Shown: positions 43,514 through 49,366 of the stretch, piece after piece
How positions within the stretch are numbered: position 1 is the first letter of the stretch
Layout of the letters: every line of letters begins with the position of its first letter
Made by a program: the position numbers and the translations under genes
Assembly: GCA_964468795.1 (NCBI GenBank)
Contig: CAYXWL010000001.1
Location: 96,221 to 145,586 of the forward strand
From: an uncultured Candidatus Saccharibacteria bacterium
Lineage (GTDB): Bacteria > Patescibacteriota > Minisyncoccia > Phycocordibacterales > DATDWN01
Direction of reading: 5' to 3'
DNA length: 49,366 bases
The notes under the pieces: model-generated
Told to the model about the DNA's origin: nothing
The model's database searches: none
The model's input: the letters and a program-made list of their open reading frames with translations, nothing else

Positions 43514-45581
43514 AATCGAGGGTAGCTGTCGTTGCGTTTGATTGGATGAAAGACTTTCTTGCTGGCACATCTGTACCCATGAGCACATCGAACACCTTGT
43601 CTGTATTTTCGTCTACGTCAATTGTCACCTGCTTTAACACTCGTCGTGCAGGGTCCATAGTTGTTTCCCAAAGCTCCTCGGCATTCATTTCTCCGAGACC
43701 CTTGTATCTCTGTATATTAAACTTTGACTTCTTCGCAGTCGAAGCTTTTTTACCCTTTGTATTTTCCTCCTCCTCTCCTTCTTCAGTATTTTCTGTACCC
43801 TCTTCACCCTCTCCTATCTCTCCGATCTCTTCTACCTCCTCATTTCCAACAATCTTTGCTTTGTCTTCGTCTGAATATGCGTAAAAGATTTCTTTTCCTT
43901 TCTTTATTTTATATAGAGGCGGTTGAGCAATGTAAACATATCCTCCATCAATAAGGGGTCGGAAAAATCTGTACAAGAGTGTCAGAATAAGAGTTCGGAT
44001 GTGAGCACCATCAACGTCGGCATCGGTTGCAATGATAATCTTGTGATACCTTAGTTTTGTAATATCAAATGTATCTCCAATAGCAGTACCTAGAGCAATA
44101 ACAAGATTTTTTATCTGCTCTGATTCAAGCATTCTATCAAGTCTTGCCCTTTCAATGTTCAAAATCTTTCCTCGTAGTGGCAAAATAGCCTGAGTCTTTC
44201 TGTCTCGTCCAGTCTTTGCTGTACCTCCCGCAGAGTCTCCCTCCACAATAAACAGCTCTGACTCTTCAGCAGATTTTGACTGGCAATCTGCAAGCTTTCC
44301 AGGAAGAGTCATGCCTTCTAGTGCTCCCTTTCGCAAAACAGAGTCCTTTGCAGCCTTTGCAGCCTTTCGCGCTTTTAGGGCAAGAACTACTTTGTTTATT
44401 ATCGCCTTGGCATCATCTGGATTTTCCTCTAGGAAATCGTTAAATGCTTCTGCAAATATTGTGTTTACTGCTCCTTGTGCTTCTACTGTTCCAAGTTTTG
44501 CTTTTGTTTGTCCTTCAAATTGAATTTCTCGTAGCTTTACTGACACTACAGCTGTAAGACCTTCCAAAACATCTTCACCAGTAAAGTTGTCGTCGTTTTC
44601 TTTTATAAGATTGTTCTTTCGTCCGTATGTATTGAGCGCTCGAGTAAGAGCAGTCTTAAATCCTGTAATATGAGTTCCACCTTCAGGAGTATGGATGTTG
44701 TTTGCAAAACCAAGAATTCGAGCAGTAATATCATCTACATATTGCAGAGAAACTTCTACAGATTCATATTCGTTTGTTTTCTTTTCTATGTAGAAAACAT
44801 TTTTGTGAACAGGCTTAAATGTAGAGTTGTAAAACTTTACTAGTGAAAGGAGCCCTCCCTCAAAGTAGAAAGACATTGAAGGGATCTCTAGGTTTAGATC
44901 AGAAATCTTGAATGTGTTTGCTTCATCTATCTTGCCTTCGTATTTTGAAACGTCATTTACAGTGATTCGAAGTCCTTTTACCAAATATGCCTGCTGTCTT
45001 AGATGATCAACAACTCTCTTAAATGAGAAATCTATAACTGGGAAAATGGCTGGATCTGGTTCGAAAGTCACAATAGTTCCGCTTTGCTTTGTTGATCCGA
45101 TTTTCTTTACCGCAGCTTTTTTCTTTCCCTGAGAATATTCCTGCATGTAAACTCCGCCGTCTTTGTGCACTACCACTTTGCAGTATGTAGAAAGAGCGTT
45201 GACCACAGAAGCTCCCACTCCGTGGAGTCCTCCTGAAACTTTGTATCCCCCATCTTCACCGCCAAATTTTCCTCCAGCATGGAGAGTTGTCATGATAGTT
45301 TCCAGAGCTGAAACTTTGGTTTGCTTGTGAATATCTACAGGAATACCTCGTCCGTTGTCTGTAACTCTGATTCGATTGTTTGGAAGGAGTGTTACTTCGA
45401 TATCGTTGGCAAAACCACCCATGGCTTCGTCTCGAGAGTTGTCAAATATTTCCCAAATCAAATGGTGAAGTCCATCAAGACCTGTTGTTCCAATGTACAT
45501 TCCGGGTCGCTTTCGTACCGGCTCGAGCCCTTCAAGTATCTGTATCGCATCTGCTCCGTAAGTGTCCTTTTTAGCCATTAT
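43509..45581 (-). CDS. gyrB: DNA gyrase subunit B
   Basis: LEGLEPVRKRPGMYIG, GGLHGVG, EGDSAGG, PLRGKILNIE, DADVDGAHI motifs. Start at MAKKDTYG. Acidic insertion near the C-terminus. Confidence 0.95.
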   Translation of the reverse strand: MMAKKDTYGADAIQILEGLEPVRKRPGMYIGTTGLDGLHHLIWEIFDNSRDEAMGGFANDIEVTLLPNNRIRVTDNGRGIPVDIHKQTKVSALETIMTTLHAGGKFGGEDGGYKVSGGLHGVGASVVNALSTYCKVVVHKDGGVYMQEYSQGKKKAAVKKIGSTKQSGTIVTFEPDPAIFPVIDFSFKRVVDHLRQQAYLVKGLRITVNDVSKYEGKIDEANTFKISDLNLEIPSMSFYFEGGLLSLVKFYNSTFKPVHKNVFYIEKKTNEYESVEVSLQYVDDITARILGFANNIHTPEGGTHITGFKTALTRALNTYGRKNNLIKENDDNFTGEDVLEGLTAVVSVKLREIQFEGQTKAKLGTVEAQGAVNTIFAEAFNDFLEENPDDAKAIINKVVLALKARKAAKAAKDSVLRKGALEGMTLPGKLADCQSKSAEESELFIVEGDSAGGTAKTGRDRKTQAILPLRGKILNIERARLDRMLESEQIKNLVIALGTAIGDTFDITKLRYHKIIIATDADVDGAHIRTLILTLLYRFFRPLIDGGYVYIAQPPLYKIKKGKEIFYAYSDEDKAKIVGNEEVEEIGEIGEGEEGTENTEEGEEEENTKGKKASTAKKSKFNIQRYKGLGEMNAEELWETTMDPARRVLKQVTIDVDENTDKVFDVLMGTDVPARKSFIQSNATTATLDY

Positions 45582-45665
45582 TTTATTTAATTTAAGTGAG
45601 TAAATTATAGCAAAATTCAACCGTCGCCACAAGGAAAAACCGGGATTTTTTGAGAGATTTTATAC

Positions 45666-45695
45666 TTGACAATCTACAGTATAATATTGTATAAT
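45666..45695 (+). promoter_or_regulatory. sigma70-type promoter for unit J (TTGACA-18-TGtATAAT)
   Basis: TTGACAatctacagtataatatTGTATAAT. Confidence 0.45.
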
Positions 45696-45742
45696 TAATA
45701 AAAATAAGGCATAACGCCCAAGTTCCCTACAAGGAGTCAGAA

Positions 45743-46138
45743 ATGGCCAGCATGATTAAGTTTGTCCTTGCAGTTTTGTTCGTGATGTCAGTGATCGTGT
45801 TCGGCCTCAACTCGGCCACTCACACCGAACGCAACACGACTGGATTCACCCAGACAACCAAGATCTCGAATGACCATGTACCGTTCGACCGCTACTGTGG
45901 CTACTTGCTCTCAGTCGGCCACGGCTCAATCACGTTCGAAGATAGAGAACCAATCGAGATCGTGCATTTGACCTTTAGGGGTCGAACTGCCGACTCGACA
46001 ATCACAAGGATTCTCTACGGAGACGAAGGTCGTCTTCGCAAGATCCGAGCTGGCCAGTTCTACGACATCGGCGCTCGGCGGTACAACGACAACTGGTCGT
46101 TTCCACGACGCCTCGACGTGGTGAGTGGTTGCAACTAG
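45743..46138 (+). CDS. GC-rich hypothetical secreted or membrane-anchored protein (unit J)
   Basis: AAGGAG SD. Signal anchor IKFVLAVLFVMSVIVFGL. No family recognised. Confidence 0.55.
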   Translation: MASMIKFVLAVLFVMSVIVFGLNSATHTERNTTGFTQTTKISNDHVPFDRYCGYLLSVGHGSITFEDREPIEIVHLTFRGRTADSTITRILYGDEGRLRKIRAGQFYDIGARRYNDNWSFPRRLDVVSGCN

Positions 46139-46167
46139 ACCACATCACCCCACCCCGACAACAGAAA

Positions 46168-46198
46168 CCCCGCCCAGCGGATCTGTGGCGGGGTTTTT
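46168..46198 (+). terminator. intrinsic terminator after unit J
   Basis: ccccgcc-N12-ggcgggg-ttttt. Confidence 0.6.
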
Positions 46199-46203
46199 CG
46201 TAC

Positions 46204-46232
46204 TTGACAAAATAAATAAATCCATGTAATGT
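46204..46232 (+). promoter_or_regulatory. sigma70-type promoter for unit K (TTGACA-17-TAATGT)
   Basis: TTGACAaaataaataaatccatgTAATGT. Confidence 0.45.
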
Positions 46233-46249
46233 ACATGACGGATTAAATA

Positions 46250-46320
46250 GAGCTAAGTAGCTGAAAGAATTCACTTTCCCTCCTTAGCTCATGCGGCATG
46301 ACGCCGCGAGCAAGGAGGAG
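46250..46320 (+). promoter_or_regulatory. structured leader with SD-sequestering helix and a competing upstream helix
   Basis: CCTCCTT-a-GCTC-at-GCGGC [atgac] GCCGC-GAGC-a-AAGGAGG buries the SD (46312-46318). GAGCTAAG (46250-46257) can instead pair with CTTAGCTC (46283-46290). Confidence 0.5.
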
Positions 46321-46322
46321 AG

Positions 46323-46550
46323 ATGAGGGAGTATGACCTTTTCAAAGTGATCGCAGGCACGGACCTGCGGGGATGCTTCAGCCGGGACTACCGGCTGTGG
46401 GAAGAGTGGGTAGCAAATCCCGCCCTCAAGGCCAGGGGATATAAAATCCTCAGGCAATGGTATTCTGTCGACGGCGACTCTTTCGGACCTTTGGTCCGCG
46501 GAGTTATAGTCGAAAAGGACGGCGAGAAAAAGCTTCTCACATACGGCTAG
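46323..46550 (+). CDS. GC-rich hypothetical 75-aa protein (unit K)
   Basis: AAGGAGG SD. No family recognised. Confidence 0.5.
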   Translation: MREYDLFKVIAGTDLRGCFSRDYRLWEEWVANPALKARGYKILRQWYSVDGDSFGPLVRGVIVEKDGEKKLLTYG

Positions 46551-46556
46551 AGTCAG

Positions 46557-46582
46557 GGCGCTGGAGAAATCCAGCGCCTTTT
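46557..46582 (+). terminator. intrinsic terminator after unit K
   Basis: ggcgctgga-gaaa-tccagcgcc-tttt. Confidence 0.65.
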
Positions 46583-46598
46583 AACAAAAAGAATTTTA

Positions 46599-46818
46599 AA
46601 AACTTCGTTGAACCATAATTTTCGAAAGACTCCGCAAGCCTTGAGCTGGTTTGGTCAAGGTATCCTGCCTTAACGAATCAAGATCGAGGTGAGAAGCGCA
46701 GCTTCGCAAGACCTTGAGCAAAGCTTTGCGAAAGGTGTACAGCTCCTGTAAGGAGGAAGTGAGCGTAGCGCTGGCGGAGCGAATGGTCTGGAGAAAATTT
46801 TGGTGAAAAAGAAGTTTT
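46599..46818. repeat. structured repeat element R4 (inverted homolog of 34755-34954; 5' module shared with 24761-24929)
   Basis: 46701-46755 matches the reverse complement of 34804-34858 at 53/55. cgaggtgagaagc is identical in both. Short outer pairing aaaacttc/gaagtttt. Confidence 0.7.
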
Positions 46819-46826
46819 CTCATTAC

Positions 46827-46855
46827 TTGAAAAAAGCCCAATTTTTCGCTATAGT
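46827..46855 (+). promoter_or_regulatory. pheS promoter (TTGAAA-17-TATAGT), implies a leaderless mRNA
   Basis: The -10 element ends 8 nt before ATG 46864. No SD. Confidence 0.5.
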
Positions 46856-46863
46856 TTGCTCAT

Positions 46864-48045
46864 ATGTCAAAGACGGCAAAGGAACTCTACTCCTCCCCAG
46901 AACTAGAGAGAAATGAATATTTTGAAACTGATCCTAAAGACGCAGAATTGCGAGCAGAACTCCAAAAAAGGACAGACACCGAGAGCCTTCGAATGAAGCG
47001 CTATTTGTCTATGGACGACCTTTCACGAAAGGAAGGCAGTCCTATTAAAGAGATCGCAGACAGGGTAAAAGCTCTAGAAACTTTCAAAAAATTTGATGTC
47101 ATAACTATTCCAGAGATTGTGCCAGTAGTTCAGACTTTTGATCTCTTTGACTTCCCCGCAAATCATCCAGCACGAAGCAAATCTGACACATACTACGTTT
47201 CAGAAGATTATATTTTGCGAACACACATGACGGTCATGTGGTACTACTATTTCCGAAAGCCGGAGATAAAAGAAAAAATGGCAAAGGGTTTGGACATGGC
47301 AGTAATTTCTCACGGGAAAGTTTACAGAAAAGATGAGATAGATAGACGACACATGAATATCTTCCATCAGGTGGATGGCTTATATATCTGCAAGAAGAAC
47401 GAAAAAATTATTGACCAAGAAGACTTGAAGGAAGTTTTGGTAGAAGTTGGTCAGGCAGTATTTGGAAATGATATTGCATATAGATTTAACCCAGACAACT
47501 TCCCCTACACACACGACTCTTTGGAAATGGAAGTAGAGGTCAACGGCCAGTGGGTGGAAGTGCTAGGTGCAGGAGTTGTACAGCCGAGCGTTTTGGAAAA
47601 ACTTGGAGTTGATTCAAACACATACAACGGCTGGGCATTTGGATTTGGCCTCGAGCGACTAGCCATTATTTCAATGGAACTACCAGACATACGCCTCTTA
47701 TGGTCAGACGACCCTCGTGTAACAAAACAGCTAGTTTTGGGTCATAAGTTTGAGGAGGTTTCCAAGTTCCCTCCTGTAGTACGGGATATTTCGTTCATAA
47801 TTTCTAAATCTTTCGTATTGAATAATTACTTTGACCTTGTGCGGGAAATTGGCGGAGACCTTATAGAAGAAGTAAAGATAATAGATACATACGAAAATGA
47901 GGCAAAATTCGGCAAGGACAAAATAAGCTATGCTTTCAGGATCACATACAGGTCACTCGAAAAAACCCTGACAGACGAGGAGGTAAATGCAATTCACAAA
48001 AAAATAGAAGATGCAACGCGAGAGCTTGGCGGACAGGTTCGATAA
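46864..48045 (+). CDS. pheS: phenylalanine--tRNA ligase alpha subunit
   Basis: Class II motifs (HPARSKSDTYY, LRTHMTVMW, GWAFGFGLERLA). No pheT follows. Confidence 0.9.
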   Translation: MSKTAKELYSSPELERNEYFETDPKDAELRAELQKRTDTESLRMKRYLSMDDLSRKEGSPIKEIADRVKALETFKKFDVITIPEIVPVVQTFDLFDFPANHPARSKSDTYYVSEDYILRTHMTVMWYYYFRKPEIKEKMAKGLDMAVISHGKVYRKDEIDRRHMNIFHQVDGLYICKKNEKIIDQEDLKEVLVEVGQAVFGNDIAYRFNPDNFPYTHDSLEMEVEVNGQWVEVLGAGVVQPSVLEKLGVDSNTYNGWAFGFGLERLAIISMELPDIRLLWSDDPRVTKQLVLGHKFEEVSKFPPVVRDISFIISKSFVLNNYFDLVREIGGDLIEEVKIIDTYENEAKFGKDKISYAFRITYRSLEKTLTDEEVNAIHKKIEDATRELGGQVR

Positions 48046-48053
48046 AAAACAGC

Positions 48054-49298
48054 ATGGATATAACAACAATCATAACTTACATATTCCTATTCTTCTCACT
48101 GAACTTTGAGGTTTTTTTGCTTATCACTTATCTTGAGAACAGAAAGGATATTGCCAATGAAGCAGAGCATTTCAGCCTGGCGCCAAAAAAATATCCGACA
48201 GTTACAATTATTGTGCCATGCTGGAACGAGCAAAATACAGTATCAAAAACAATTCACTCTATATTAAATTTGGATTACCCAAAAGACAAACTAAAAATAA
48301 TGGTGGTAAACGACGGCTCAACAGACAACACATGGAATGTAGTTCAAAAGTTTAGGAATCATCCACAAATAGAGCTTTATGATAAGCCAAATGGAGGCAA
48401 ATACACTGCCCTAAACTATGGCCTAGCCAAACTTTCTACTGACCTTGTTGGATGCCTTGATGCCGACTCTTATGTAGACAAGGATGCACTAAAGCAAATA
48501 GTGATGTATTTCCAGAACAAGGAGATAATGGCCGTTGCTCCTTCTATCAAGCTTTGGAAGCCAAAGTCCCCGCTAGAACTGCTTCAAAAGATAGAGTACG
48601 GATTTGGTATCTTTACTCGAAAGATGTTCCACTACATGAGAGCTATATACATTACACCTGGGCCTTTCTCTATTTTCCGAAAAGAAGTTTTTGAAAAACT
48701 CGGAGGCTATAAGCATGCCCACAATACAGAGGACATCGAACTAGCTTTGAGAATGCAGAAAAATGGCATGAGAATTGCCCATGCTCACAAGGCATTTGTA
48801 TATACCGTGCCTCCAAAAACTCTGCCGAAGCTTTTGAAACAGAGAGTTCGATGGTCATACGGATTTATAAAAAATGCTCAGGATTACAGAGATATGTTCT
48901 TTAAGCCTCAGTATGGAAATGTAGGAATACTTGTTCTACCTATGGCCGCCATCTCTGTCGTTTCGATACTTTTCGTATCAAGCGTATCGATACTAAGCAT
49001 CATAAAATCTATTTCAAACGAAGTAATCAGACTTCATACAATAGGGTTTAGATTCCATTTTGATCTGTTTACTTTTGATTGGTTTTACTTAAATACCCAA
49101 GTGCTTTCTCTACTTGGAATAGTTACAACATTAGGAACTCTGACAATGATAGCGGTTTCAAAGCATCTGTCTGAAGGAAAAGTTACGGTAGGGATGGATT
49201 TGATTTATTTCATGACTTTGTATATGTTTATTGCACCTCTATGGATAGGAAAGGCAGCTTATAATGCTCTCTTCCACGTAAAAACCACTTGGAGATAA
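48054..49298 (+). CDS. family-2 glycosyltransferase, processive type (PgaC/IcaA/NodC-like) with C-terminal TM segments
   Basis: TIIVPCWNE, VVNDGSTDNT, DADS and QRVRW (the Q-x-x-RW motif). Confidence 0.8.
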   Translation: MDITTIITYIFLFFSLNFEVFLLITYLENRKDIANEAEHFSLAPKKYPTVTIIVPCWNEQNTVSKTIHSILNLDYPKDKLKIMVVNDGSTDNTWNVVQKFRNHPQIELYDKPNGGKYTALNYGLAKLSTDLVGCLDADSYVDKDALKQIVMYFQNKEIMAVAPSIKLWKPKSPLELLQKIEYGFGIFTRKMFHYMRAIYITPGPFSIFRKEVFEKLGGYKHAHNTEDIELALRMQKNGMRIAHAHKAFVYTVPPKTLPKLLKQRVRWSYGFIKNAQDYRDMFFKPQYGNVGILVLPMAAISVVSILFVSSVSILSIIKSISNEVIRLHTIGFRFHFDLFTFDWFYLNTQVLSLLGIVTTLGTLTMIAVSKHLSEGKVTVGMDLIYFMTLYMFIAPLWIGKAAYNALFHVKTTWR

Positions 49299-49366
49299 GA
49301 TGAATCGATAAAATTGCTTATCTGCTTCGTTGCTGTTCAATTTTGCTATTCACCTTATAGAAAATA

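Noticed and set aside
46599-46818. R4 as a T-box leader regulating pheS
   Set aside because: There is no T-box consensus (AANNAGGGUGGNACCGCG) or specifier-loop architecture. A plausible pheS promoter lies downstream of the element. The homologous copy R3 precedes rnc, which is not an aminoacyl-tRNA synthetase gene.
1-49366. CRISPR arrays, rRNA genes, and transposase or IS elements
   Set aside because: No regularly spaced direct repeats and no 16S, 23S or 5S signatures were seen. No DDE, HUH or TnpB-like ORF was recognised. The repeats present are dispersed inverted-repeat hairpin elements, reported separately.

Overview
The window is a segment of an AT-rich bacterial chromosome. Hand counts of single 60-nt lines give about 40% G+C in core genes. 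Housekeeping genes dominate: uppP fragment, dsbA-like, UvrD/AddA-type helicase-nuclease, rpoD-dnaG, rpoC-rpoB, a LexA-controlled repair operon, tspO, capA, PIF1-like helicase, trmD/KH/rpsP, rnr, smc, rnc, nusB-NUDIX fusion, rpmF, rnhB, dnaE, thrS, pspC-domain, gyrB, pheS and a GT2 glycosyltransferase. Core genes mostly lack Shine-Dalgarno (SD) sequences, and many have a -10 hexamer 4-10 nt before the ATG, so they look leaderless. With the truncated ThrRS, hinge-less SMC and fused or interrupted housekeeping genes, this resembles a reduced CPR/Patescibacteria-type genome (inference only).

Four layers are not explained by ordinary annotation:
1. Sixteen GC-rich CDSs (about 50-67% GC) sit in about 14 self-contained units, each with a GGAGG-type SD and usually its own GC-rich hairpin terminator (several also with a near-consensus promoter), wedged between core genes. 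The largest is a ParB/Srx-like three-gene operon plus a small membrane Cys/His protein at 31.6-33.9 kb. Another group flanks capA and includes a paralogous pair of small acidic-tailed proteins and an M50 site-2-protease homolog whose HExxH motif is replaced.
2. A modular family of structured inverted-repeat intergenic elements has at least six copies. Compensatory changes preserve a helix, and two copies overlap the stop codons of trmD and gyrB.
3. dnaG is interrupted by a single in-frame TAG.
4. There are candidate regulatory RNAs: a C-rich (CCCUCC) sRNA, an SD-sequestering leader with an alternative helix, and an unassigned promoter-to-terminator transcript.

No rRNA, tRNA, CRISPR array, integrase or transposase was recognised. 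All functional calls come from motif recognition by eye, with no database search.
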